64,000 nt of DNA from Candidatus Heimdallarchaeota archaeon (GTDB lineage Archaea > Asgardarchaeota > Heimdallarchaeia > Hodarchaeales > Hodarchaeaceae). Under the pieces are notes generated by a model. The model was not told the DNA's origin, searched no databases, and worked only from the letters and a program-made list of their open reading frames with translations. Shown in pieces: positions 49,997 through 59,572 of the stretch (the first letter of the stretch is position 1; each line of letters starts with the position of its first letter). The stretch is from contig CP070695.1 in NCBI GenBank assembly GCA_020353515.1, positions 4,426,823 through 4,490,822 of the forward strand, read 5' to 3'. A program made the position numbers and the translations under genes.

Positions 49997-50380
49997 TTAA
50001 CAAGTAGTGTGAAAAACACCTACTACTCTTTCGCCCTGCTCCAAAAGTTCATTTGTTTTAGCGAGAACCAAGGGTGTACGGTCTCGTATCAGTACAACAT
50101 TCTCTTCTTTCAGTTTCGATGTTAACCAGCTTTCCGATTCTTGGGTTAATGGTAAAATGCCAGTTTGGCCTGTTCCAATAACCAAGTAGCTGGGCTTGTT
50201 CTGAAATAGCCTTTGGAGTTCCCATAAAGAAAGTTCCTTGTGCCCCCTTATTCGCTTTGAATGAGATTTATTCCGCTTAACGATTCCCTGGTCAGGTAAA
50301 AGATAGACATCATGAGGATACTCTTGATTGGATATTGTTATGGCCCCAAATCGGGTTGATTCAAAGTTTATTCTTTTCAT
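49997..50380 (-). CDS. Mth938-like (DUF498/AAMDC) domain protein
   Basis: FGAITI, YPHDV, LVIGTGQTG, C-terminal HTTC. Confidence 0.88.
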   Translation of the reverse strand: MKRINFESTRFGAITISNQEYPHDVYLLPDQGIVKRNKSHSKRIRGHKELSLWELQRLFQNKPSYLVIGTGQTGILPLTQESESWLTSKLKEENVVLIRDRTPLVLAKTNELLEQGERVVGVFHTTC

Positions 50381-50773
50381 ACCTTAACCCAAAAATTACA
50401 TCTTTAATAAACTTGTTTCAGTTTTTCTCAAGAATAATTTTTCTGTAAGTGAATAGATTGATGCTAAATAAATAAAAAATACAATAAAACCCTCCCTAGG
50501 CAGATTTGGCGTTCCTCTAATTATTATCAGAGGTTGCAGATACTTGAAAAATTGGATAATCAAGAAGAACACTAAACTGAGTGAAATGGAAGAGATTTTT
50601 TTTATAAATGATTTTGTTATGACAAATTTCAGATAAATTAGCTTATCAGCTTTTTCTTTAAACTTTGGAGTTTTATCATTTAACGCGCCAATTTAGAGAC
50701 TCTTTTATTTTCAAATGAATAAAGGTTGCTGGAAATCCTCTAATATCACTCAATATTAAAAGATTGGATTATC

Positions 50774-52888
50774 ATGGTATTAAGTTCCTCACAAGACCTT
50801 TATCAGCCAACAATAAAAGATATCCTCCTCCTACCCTTATTTGGAGATATTCAAACGAATCCTAATGGAACAAAAGTAGCTTATTGCACAGGTTACATGA
50901 ATTTGAATGAGAATAAAATCAATAGCTACTGTTGTATTCAAGACCTTGAAAAAGAAAGCACCTATTACCTTACACGAACAGGATCGCTTGGAAATTTTCA
51001 TTGGGTTAATAATGAAACCCTGGCAGTAATGAAACGAACTGACTCCGCTCCATTTCAAATTTTTCTGTTTGAAAGTCTAGTCGGAGAAGGATTTCAGGTA
51101 ACTGACCATGCAGGAGGGATAAATGACTTTCAACCATTTGCTAATGGTTTTGTATTCATTGCTAATAATCCTGAGAAAGATGAAAAGAAAAAAAGGGAAG
51201 CTCGCTTTGGGAATTTTATCCAAGTAGAGAATGAAAAAAGTATTTCCTCATTGTACTATGTTGATACGGGCAAGATGAAGGAGTACAACCAATTAATCGC
51301 ACAATCGTTAGAAGATGAACATAAAAACGGTGTCAAACTAGTTTTTGACCTGGGAATGTTCCTACCAGAACCCGTAAAGATTGAATCAGTCATTCCCTCT
51401 TCAACTAACGATTCTGTATTTTTAAATTGTCGGAGTAAAGATGACCTGGTATTTGGGCATGAAACGTCTCATTATCGGATTCAATTCAATTCAGAGACAA
51501 TTTTTCAGAAAGGTTCAAAACCAGTTGTAACAAAAATAGATCTCCCAGAAGGAGCTAAAATCGTAGCAATATCTCCTGATGGGGCGAAGCTATTAATTCT
51601 TTATAAAAAACGTGATAATCGTGATTATACTCAAGCAGATTTGTGGATACTGAATGTATCGGATATAGGACGAGGTAATCTTCAGGAACATCTTTCTTGT
51701 ATTACTTCCAACTTTGATCGGGATCCACTTTCTTATAGAATATGCTGGACTAAAGCAGGAATCTTTATTACCTATTGGGATGAAAGTCAGGTAAATGTTG
51801 CAAGATTATCTGAAGCTGGGGCTATTGAGGTTATAGATTTACAGGGATTAATGCCCAACCTCTTTTTTCATGTTAATGACTTAGGGATTGTAAGCTTCCT
51901 TGGATTCTCTCCTTCAAAAATTAATGATGTATATATGAATCTACCAACAGAAACTGGTCGAAAAACACTTCCATTGACCCACTCTAATGATCTAGTTACT
52001 AATTGGGATCTAGGAACGGTTGAATCAATAAGATGGACAAGTAGGGATGGAACCGAGATCGAGGGGATCTTACGTAAACCCAGTAACTTTGATCCTAGTC
52101 GAAAATATCCCCTACTTATAAATATTCACGGTGGACCCCACCACTCTTCTGCTAATGCTCTTTTAGAAGGAATGGATAAATTTTATTATCCTTTAGTTCA
52201 ATTCACCAATAAAAACATCCTTATTCTGAAACCTAATTACCGTGGCTCTTTGGGGAAAGGGCAGGCTTTTAAGGAACTACTCATTGATAATGTGGGAGTT
52301 GGAGATTTATGGGATCTGGAATCAGCAATCGATTATTTGGTTCGTCAAGGATTTGTTGATGAAACAAAGATTGGTGCCTGTGGTGGAAGTCAAGGAGCTT
52401 ACATCAGTGCATTCGCAGCCATGCATTCTAATCGGTTCTGTGCGGTTAGTGGTTGTTCGACTCTGTCAAGCTGGGCCACTTATTTCTTTGGCTCTGATAG
52501 TAGGTACAGTATTCCTTTTTCTGGAAACTCGTATCGGAGTAAAGGGCCATTTGATACAGGGATGAAAGAGACATTTGAAAAAACAGCTCCGATGAATGGA
52601 ATCAACAATACTCGGACACCGATACTCCTACAACATGGTGAAAACGATGAACGTGTCCCCCTCTATAGTTCAAAGATGATCCATAGAGCTCTTAAGGAAA
52701 AAGGGATTCAGACAGAGCTCTTTATTTTCCCAGGAATGGGACACAGCATATCGAAACCCCGTGAGAATTATGCTGTGCTGATTCAGAACTATCGGTGGTT
52801 TCTCCATCATCTGTTGGGGGAAGAATTGGATTTCTTCAAAGATGATGAAAAAGATCAATTGGAGTATCAGTCTTATGTAAGAAGCTAA
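50774..52888 (+). CDS. S9 family (prolyl oligopeptidase/acylaminoacyl) peptidase
   Basis: HGGP, PNYRGS, GGSQG, HGENDERVP, GMGH. Confidence 0.92.
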   Translation: MVLSSSQDLYQPTIKDILLLPLFGDIQTNPNGTKVAYCTGYMNLNENKINSYCCIQDLEKESTYYLTRTGSLGNFHWVNNETLAVMKRTDSAPFQIFLFESLVGEGFQVTDHAGGINDFQPFANGFVFIANNPEKDEKKKREARFGNFIQVENEKSISSLYYVDTGKMKEYNQLIAQSLEDEHKNGVKLVFDLGMFLPEPVKIESVIPSSTNDSVFLNCRSKDDLVFGHETSHYRIQFNSETIFQKGSKPVVTKIDLPEGAKIVAISPDGAKLLILYKKRDNRDYTQADLWILNVSDIGRGNLQEHLSCITSNFDRDPLSYRICWTKAGIFITYWDESQVNVARLSEAGAIEVIDLQGLMPNLFFHVNDLGIVSFLGFSPSKINDVYMNLPTETGRKTLPLTHSNDLVTNWDLGTVESIRWTSRDGTEIEGILRKPSNFDPSRKYPLLINIHGGPHHSSANALLEGMDKFYYPLVQFTNKNILILKPNYRGSLGKGQAFKELLIDNVGVGDLWDLESAIDYLVRQGFVDETKIGACGGSQGAYISAFAAMHSNRFCAVSGCSTLSSWATYFFGSDSRYSIPFSGNSYRSKGPFDTGMKETFEKTAPMNGINNTRTPILLQHGENDERVPLYSSKMIHRALKEKGIQTELFIFPGMGHSISKPRENYAVLIQNYRWFLHHLLGEELDFFKDDEKDQLEYQSYVRS

Positions 52889-53074
52889 AAAAAAAAAGAA
52901 AGAGAAGGTATTACAGCTTAACAACAATTGTTTCAGCTAAGATGTCCATAATGTAGACTACATTTATTGGAGTAAAACTAGCTATTTCAAAAATGAGATT
53001 AGATGCAATAAACAATAGAAAAAAAGAAAAAGAAGAAGGGGAAGGAATTGGAGAATCAAATACAGTGATCCAGA

Positions 53075-54502
53075 TTACGGTTTGATATTTCGGTTTAAAC
53101 GGAAGAAGTTTTGAGGATCAAACTTCCTCTTTAACTTCGAAAGTCGCTCAAGCTTAGCGGTTCCGTAAGTAGTTTTGACTCTATCTTCTCCTTCATCATA
53201 ACTTTGGAAATTCACATAAGCACCGCCAACTGAAAACGGTTGTAAGGCATCCCAAAATGCCCGAGTCCATTTAATGTGCTTGTCTGATTCGTTTGGATCT
53301 ATCCATGCAGTGTTGAGGATGAGCGAATAAGAAGCATTTCGGTGACTATATGCCGTTGAATCTTCGTCGATACGACTTACTGCTCCACCAAGATGAAATC
53401 CCGCAATGACCGAGAGCGGAGAGGTGATTCGTGAAGCATGTTCAACAAGTGTATCAATGATATCATCGTTAAGAGCAGGGAGAAATTCTGATTTGACGTA
53501 ATAATTCAGCCCTGGTCGAGCAGAAACATCCAAAAACGATTGGAGTGCTCGGAATGGTTTAGGACCGATTCCATCGATCAGTGGCGTTCCATATTGCCGT
53601 AGAGGTGCGATTAATGACTCTCCTTCTTCGATTGATGATCCTGTATATAAAACTAATATCCCAACCACGGGTTTACCATGAACCACTTTTGGTAAGAAGG
53701 GTGCAGGTGGAGCAAGACGGAGAAGTGGGACAACTGTAAGTTCATCAGGAGTATCAGCGATGAAGTCGCGGTAGAAGCGTAAAAATTCTGGAGCTACTTC
53801 CATAGGATGGAGCAGCATTCCCCCAAGAACCTGGGGACCTATTTTTTGAAGTTTATATTCGAAAGAGGTGACGATACCGAAATTTCCACCACCTCCACAT
53901 AAGCCCCAAAAGAGATCTTCATTTTCTGTTTTACTGGCCTTTAAGAATTCACCTTCAGCTGTAACCAGATCAACAGAAATAAGGTTGTCAATGGTGAGTC
54001 CATACTTGCGCGAGAGATACCCAAATCCTCCACCAAGGGTTAACCCTGCAATGCCAGTAGTCGTAACTATACCAGACGGAACAGCTAAACCAAACACCTG
54101 GGTTTCATGATCCAGTTCTCCGAGAGTGACACCAGCCTGGGCACGTGCTGTGCAAGATTTTGGATCCACGTGAATTCCTTTCATGCGGGAGAGATCAATC
54201 ACCATTCCATCATCACATAATGCGTTACCAGTTACGTTGTGTCCCCCGCCTCGGACAGCCACTAAGAGATTGTGTTCACGTGCGAACTTTACTGCATCGA
54301 TGACGTCTGCAGGACCAGTACAACGCACAATGAGCGCTGGACACTTGTCAATCATACCATTCCAAATCTTACGGGCATTGTTATATTCATCGTCTGAGGG
54401 TAGTAGGACGTCCCCTTGGATTAGCCCTTTCAGATTTTCTATGGCATCTCCTGAAAGGAAGGCTTCTTCATGTGATAAAGTGATAGTTTTAATCTTAGAC
54501 AT
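53075..54502 (-). CDS. FAD-binding oxidoreductase (berberine bridge enzyme-like)
   Basis: VRGGGHN, TGIAGLTLGGG, GGGGNFG, YVNF, KRKFDPQNFFRLNRNI. Confidence 0.92.
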   Translation of the reverse strand: MSKIKTITLSHEEAFLSGDAIENLKGLIQGDVLLPSDDEYNNARKIWNGMIDKCPALIVRCTGPADVIDAVKFAREHNLLVAVRGGGHNVTGNALCDDGMVIDLSRMKGIHVDPKSCTARAQAGVTLGELDHETQVFGLAVPSGIVTTTGIAGLTLGGGFGYLSRKYGLTIDNLISVDLVTAEGEFLKASKTENEDLFWGLCGGGGNFGIVTSFEYKLQKIGPQVLGGMLLHPMEVAPEFLRFYRDFIADTPDELTVVPLLRLAPPAPFLPKVVHGKPVVGILVLYTGSSIEEGESLIAPLRQYGTPLIDGIGPKPFRALQSFLDVSARPGLNYYVKSEFLPALNDDIIDTLVEHASRITSPLSVIAGFHLGGAVSRIDEDSTAYSHRNASYSLILNTAWIDPNESDKHIKWTRAFWDALQPFSVGGAYVNFQSYDEGEDRVKTTYGTAKLERLSKLKRKFDPQNFFRLNRNIKP

Positions 54503-54811
54503 GTATTATCCTCCTTCCATAAACAGTTTTGTTAAATTTAATTCCTTTTTCGAAAATTATTAAAGTCATAATTAACACATATTTACGCTTAACAATTGTT
54601 AAGTATTTATTTTATTTACCTGCGTTATTCGTAAACTCTTAATATGGATAGCTAATAAGATATAATAAGATTCAAAGGAAGACTTGTGAAGCTAAGGATC
54701 CATCATTTTTTCTTCTAAAATGATATCACAAGGGATTATTTTGATAAGTATTATAAAGTAAGTTTCAACTGATCAATCAAATCACTCATTTTAACAAAAG
54801 GAAACAGTTGA

Positions 54812-55693
54812 ATGAAATCTGTGATCCTTCTAGTGGAAGATGATGAAGCATTACTAGAGCATTCTAAATTAATTTTAGAAAATCATGAATACAAGATCTT
54901 AACAGCCAAAAATGGTGTTGAAGCATTAGAGATTCTTGAGACCAATGATCAGTTACCAGATTTAATCCTTTGTGACATTATGATGCCCGAAATGAATGGT
55001 TATGAATTTTTTAATAAAATGATAGATAACCCTGATTGGAACCTGATTCCATTTATTTTTCTGACAGTAAAAGATTCTCCTGAAGATGTTCGCTTTGGAA
55101 AAATGCTTGGAGCTGATGATTATCTTGCAAAACCCGTTAACGAGTTGGATCTTCTAGCAAGTATAGCTGGCAAAATTAATCGGGGAAGAAAACATAATTT
55201 ATGGAGTAAACAGATCCGAAGTCATTTACTAACTGATCAACAAGTAGAAATTAGTTCTGACAAAATCGAGGAAAAAAAGACAGTCATAGTGTTCTTGGTG
55301 GTTTGGGATGACAAGATTGGTCCATACTTAAAACTTGTTTATCCAAAGAATGCAAAACTTCCAATCTCAGTCGAATCAATCGGAATCCAGCTATTCCAGG
55401 CTGCAGGCCCAATGTATGGAACCATTGATTATTATGCTGCTCAAGGAGTATTATTTCGAGTGGCGAATATTGACATGGACAGTTATTTATATTTTTCAAC
55501 TATTGATGATGAAGATGCCCGGGGAGGAAAACGTCAAATTATGATCGCAGCCCTCGCTCAAAGAATCAATTATTTTGAATCAATAAGAATATCAGAAATA
55601 CTCGAAGATTTTTTTGTAGAGAATATAGAAGTACAAGAAGATAATATCAAGGATTTATGGGAAAGAATTGGGGAGATAATGACATCTATGTGA
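54812..55693 (+). CDS. Response regulator receiver fused to a uDENN/longin-like domain
   Basis: REC: LLVEDD, LILCDIMMP, FLT, ADDYLAKP. C-terminal: VVWDDKIGPYLKLVYP ... DEDARGGKRQIMI. Confidence 0.8.
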   Translation: MKSVILLVEDDEALLEHSKLILENHEYKILTAKNGVEALEILETNDQLPDLILCDIMMPEMNGYEFFNKMIDNPDWNLIPFIFLTVKDSPEDVRFGKMLGADDYLAKPVNELDLLASIAGKINRGRKHNLWSKQIRSHLLTDQQVEISSDKIEEKKTVIVFLVVWDDKIGPYLKLVYPKNAKLPISVESIGIQLFQAAGPMYGTIDYYAAQGVLFRVANIDMDSYLYFSTIDDEDARGGKRQIMIAALAQRINYFESIRISEILEDFFVENIEVQEDNIKDLWERIGEIMTSM

Positions 55694-55734
55694 TAGATAT
55701 CTTGACTTCTGAAGAGACATTAATTTTAATGAGT

Positions 55735-56577
55735 TTAAATATGGTTTTCCAGCCATTCCTTTAAATCTGTCAATACTTGATTACGTCCAGGCTCTGGTTC
55801 GTTATAAACTTCGTGATATAATCCCTTATATAATTTTAACTGTTTATTAGCGGCTGAAATGTGCGAGAACAACTCAGATGTCTCAAGTGTAAGTTTATCG
55901 TGTTCTCCAGATTGAACTAATACTGGGATCTGGATTTGTGACAAAGATTCTGGAAATTTTTTAGTAATTTTCAGATATTCTGCTCCGAGACGGTAAGTTA
56001 TAAATTTAAATATTAATGGATCGTTCTTGTAGGCTTCTACGACGTTTGGATCACTTGAAACATCGGGTGCCAAGTCAATTTTAATCTTCCCTTTTGGTCT
56101 TATCTTTGAAAGTATTCCTGAAAGTAAAACAACTAGTGGATTTACCTTACTTGTGGTTGGGTAACCAAATCCTGAAAAAATAATTCCAGTCAATTCCTCT
56201 GGATATTTTTTTGCATAATCAACGGCAATTAAGACCCCCATTGAGTGACCTAACAAAAAAAAGGGAATATTTTCCTCTTGTTCTTTGATAAGATGGGTAA
56301 ATTTTCTTGCATCCTCAGAATAGTCGTTAAAACTGTTAACATAGCCCCTTGTCCCTTCTGATTTGCCATGGCCCCTGAGATCATTGATATAGACTGCAAA
56401 CCCATTTGGAACTAAAAAATCTACTACATTGTTATAGCGAGAGCTGTGTTCTGCTAATCCATGAATGATTTGAATGATGGCTTTTACTTTTCTCTCTGGC
56501 TGCCATACCTGATAATATAAATTTAGGCCATCATCAGTGGCAAAGTGTTCTTCTACATGTTTCATAATTCTTCTCAC
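55735..56577 (-). CDS. Lysophospholipase / monoacylglycerol lipase (Hydrolase_4)
   Basis: HGLAEHSSRY, DLRGHGKS, GHSMG, YHEVYNE. Confidence 0.92.
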   Translation of the reverse strand: MRRIMKHVEEHFATDDGLNLYYQVWQPERKVKAIIQIIHGLAEHSSRYNNVVDFLVPNGFAVYINDLRGHGKSEGTRGYVNSFNDYSEDARKFTHLIKEQEENIPFFLLGHSMGVLIAVDYAKKYPEELTGIIFSGFGYPTTSKVNPLVVLLSGILSKIRPKGKIKIDLAPDVSSDPNVVEAYKNDPLIFKFITYRLGAEYLKITKKFPESLSQIQIPVLVQSGEHDKLTLETSELFSHISAANKQLKLYKGLYHEVYNEPEPGRNQVLTDLKEWLENHI

Positions 56578-56701
56578 ATCACTTTTTTGATAGAAAAAAC
56601 AAAAGGAGGAAGTTTATGTTTAACTTATTATATGAGATAATAAGGATTAAGATGAATTTGATAATATTCTTAAATCTGAGGACTTGTAAAAAAATTATTC
56701 C

Positions 56702-57592
56702 TTGAAAAATTCCCCAGGAATGACATCCGATTTGGAAATGCATGTATTAGCTGTATTTGGCTTGGTAGTGAACTTAGTTGCTCGTTTTATAGGAGCAATT
56801 GTATCTTTTGATATGTATACCAAAACAAAGGAAAAAAGACATTTTTTACAACTTATAGGTTGGTTTTTTCTGTTTGTTTCTGGACTATTACCATTTGGAA
56901 TAACTTTAACTCAAGATCTCTCTGTTGTGAGTCTTATACGTATCTCAGATGTGATAACCCTTAATATTGGACTATACCTGTTAATTACAGGACTCTCATT
57001 GTATTTTGTAACATATCCAAGAAATCTGGTAGGGGGTGGTTTAGGGATTATTATAATCGTGCCTATACTTGTATTCATTCTCCTGGATGTTGTAATAGCA
57101 ATCAATGTTTCAGTTTTCTTTCAGTTTGTTATAATATTGATTTTTCTGGCTCTTGTTTATTCTAATCGAAAAGAAATCAAAATTATTTTACAATACAGCT
57201 ATGGCTTGATAGTTCTCCTGACAACATTCTTGGTAGGTTACATTATAGCCTATGTTTATGTTATTACACGTGTACCTAATTATAGCTACGGATTATACAT
57301 GAGTACTGATGTTATAGGAATAATGGCATACTATTCAGCAGTTGCAATGGTAACTTTACTTGGATTAATGGTTTTCTTACATTTGGAGCAAGGTATCTTT
57401 TTTAAGAAGAAGAACATCTTAACAGATGATTATTCACACAAGATTGGCAATATTCTACAAATCATTATGGGAGCAGGAACAACAATTAAGGAATTATCTG
57501 ATTCAAATGAAGTAAATACAACCACTGATTTAATCCTGGAGAGATCAGAGGAAGCTGGAGAGTTAATAAAAAAAATTAGAGAGATGGATTAA
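56702..57592 (+). CDS. 7-TM membrane protein with C-terminal HisKA-like (DHp) helix, no ATPase domain
   Basis: Seven hydrophobic segments, then DDYSHKIGNILQIIMG and a helical hairpin, then stop. Confidence 0.72.
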   Translation: MKNSPGMTSDLEMHVLAVFGLVVNLVARFIGAIVSFDMYTKTKEKRHFLQLIGWFFLFVSGLLPFGITLTQDLSVVSLIRISDVITLNIGLYLLITGLSLYFVTYPRNLVGGGLGIIIIVPILVFILLDVVIAINVSVFFQFVIILIFLALVYSNRKEIKIILQYSYGLIVLLTTFLVGYIIAYVYVITRVPNYSYGLYMSTDVIGIMAYYSAVAMVTLLGLMVFLHLEQGIFFKKKNILTDDYSHKIGNILQIIMGAGTTIKELSDSNEVNTTTDLILERSEEAGELIKKIREMD

Positions 57593-57628
57593 TACCACCC
57601 GAAGTTTGAAAACCAAGATAATTTTCCG

Positions 57629-58699
57629 TTATTTCATGAGTACCTCATTAAGTTCTTGGAGAAAGGCATCAAGAAACTGCTGCAGCTCAGCTCTGGGCTG
57701 TGGATGAGGGATTGTAATCCCCAGTGGCTGAAATTGATGTTTTTGGTCTGAGGTTTCTATGATGAGAAACAGATAATATTCTGGTTCATATTCTCGAATA
57801 TCCCAGTGAATATCAGTGATTTGATATTTAGAAATGGTTTTAAAGCGATTTAATTTCCAGAACTGTCTACCGACTTGTATTTTATCATTTTCTGCTACTA
57901 TCACAAACCGGGAGAGAAGCAGCATGGAGACCAAGGGTGTAAAAATAACTCCAACTACACTGATTCCTAAACTTATCGTTAAAGTAAAATTCTGCTGGAA
58001 AAATCTAATCAATTCCGTAATAAAAAAGAGAAAGAAGGCAATGACAATTATTGGACTAATTATTCTTGGGACATAACTCTTGTTTATAGGAGAACTAATA
58101 ACGATTTTAGTTTGATTTGGAGATTTTTTAGTTTCATACGAGAACCTCATGGGCCATTCTCGCTCTCCTCTAAACGCTTGGAAGAGGTCAAAGAAGAATG
58201 AACCAATTAAGGCAAAAAAACCACAAATCACTATAATAATCCACGGGATAACTAGAAATCCAGTATCAAAGCCAAGAACACGTTGATTTGTACAATATAA
58301 TTTTAATCGGGCAGAATCTTGAGTTGGTTCGACAATAACTTGGGCAACTAAGGTATAATCCCCAGATTCTTCAACTTGAAATGAATCTCCCAAGGCTGGA
58401 TAATAAACATAAGGTGGATCAGGATCCATTTCGTATTCTAGGTCTTCTCCAATGAGAAAGGCGGAGAATATCACTTCTTTTCCTTGTAAAATTGAAATAT
58501 TTATGGTTTCATCCCCAGACCACGCTCTTACTTCAAAATGATAATACCAGTCTTTCTTGAGGTCTAATGTGAACGTTTTAGTGCCTTCAGTGGGTAAGGA
58601 AAAGTCCTTTTCAATTGTTTGAACAGAAATAGCCAGGAGACCAAGCCCTCCAAATAAAACTAAAAGGTAGAGAATGACGAATGTACGCCTTAATCTCAT
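57629..58699 (-). CDS. Hypothetical membrane protein (extracellular beta domain, TMs, PH-like C-terminus)
   Basis: N-terminal TM, beta-rich domain, three further TM. Confidence 0.7.
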   Translation of the reverse strand: MRLRRTFVILYLLVLFGGLGLLAISVQTIEKDFSLPTEGTKTFTLDLKKDWYYHFEVRAWSGDETINISILQGKEVIFSAFLIGEDLEYEMDPDPPYVYYPALGDSFQVEESGDYTLVAQVIVEPTQDSARLKLYCTNQRVLGFDTGFLVIPWIIIVICGFFALIGSFFFDLFQAFRGEREWPMRFSYETKKSPNQTKIVISSPINKSYVPRIISPIIVIAFFLFFITELIRFFQQNFTLTISLGISVVGVIFTPLVSMLLLSRFVIVAENDKIQVGRQFWKLNRFKTISKYQITDIHWDIREYEPEYYLFLIIETSDQKHQFQPLGITIPHPQPRAELQQFLDAFLQELNEVLMK

Positions 58700-58905
58700 C
58701 GGAATTATTTATCCCCTGCTAAATTCATTGAGGAACAATGAAATTACATGAGTTTTTGTATGTGAAAGTTTGAGAGTATAAAAGTTCTTACAATACTAAA
58801 GAGTGTTAAGGAAAATTAGATCTTATTACAGGGGCCATTGATGAAATAATGGTCTAAGGCAATGGAAGCGAACTTTCAGCATGATTTAGAAGAGACAGAT
58901 GAATA

Positions 58906-59352
58906 TTGATGAGCTGCGATATTCATAGTCTTGATCCAGTAGCAAATTGTAACAATTTTAATAGAACTATTTGCTCTGAATGTTTGAAACTTATTAAAAA
59001 ACCATCAGGTGTGTTTTTCTTGAAACCTCCAGATGAAAGGTGCCCTCTCTGTTACTGGGATGGTGTTATTGAAATAATGACGAGTAAAACATATTTTTTA
59101 AAGCATATTTTAGGAATCATAGGACTATCAACCGCTGTTTTTATATGTCAGATTTATTTCGGTAATTATTTTCTAAATATTTCCTCCTGGCTTTTTTTAG
59201 GGGTACAATTCTTCATTAAATTGATACCCCAGATAATAGTGTTATTATTGCTTTATTCTTTGTGTTTTAAAACTCCTAGAGTCAAAAAAAAGGCTTTGGA
59301 TAACAAAATGCAGTTAATTTCCATTTTGGAAGAAGAAACTAAACTAGATTGA
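58906..59352 (+). CDS. B-box-like zinc-binding plus 2-TM protein (one ligand degenerate)
   Basis: C-x2-H-x7-CNNF-x4-C-x2-C...CPLC, then two TM. Confidence 0.6.
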   Translation: MMSCDIHSLDPVANCNNFNRTICSECLKLIKKPSGVFFLKPPDERCPLCYWDGVIEIMTSKTYFLKHILGIIGLSTAVFICQIYFGNYFLNISSWLFLGVQFFIKLIPQIIVLLLLYSLCFKTPRVKKKALDNKMQLISILEEETKLD

Positions 59353-59572
59353 AATAATTTGGTAGCATAATTGTCTGAATCTGACACGAAAGGTTAAAAT
59401 GCGGATATTCGTTAAATTATGTTTTAGTTTCCTATACTAAGTATCACGACTCCACTAATTAATATATTTGAATTTATAAAGGGTAGAGATTTAACGATTT
59501 CATTCAAAATTTTAGAACCAAATTTGCTATAATAACGATGGACGATGAAATCAGGCACAAAAACTCAAGACA

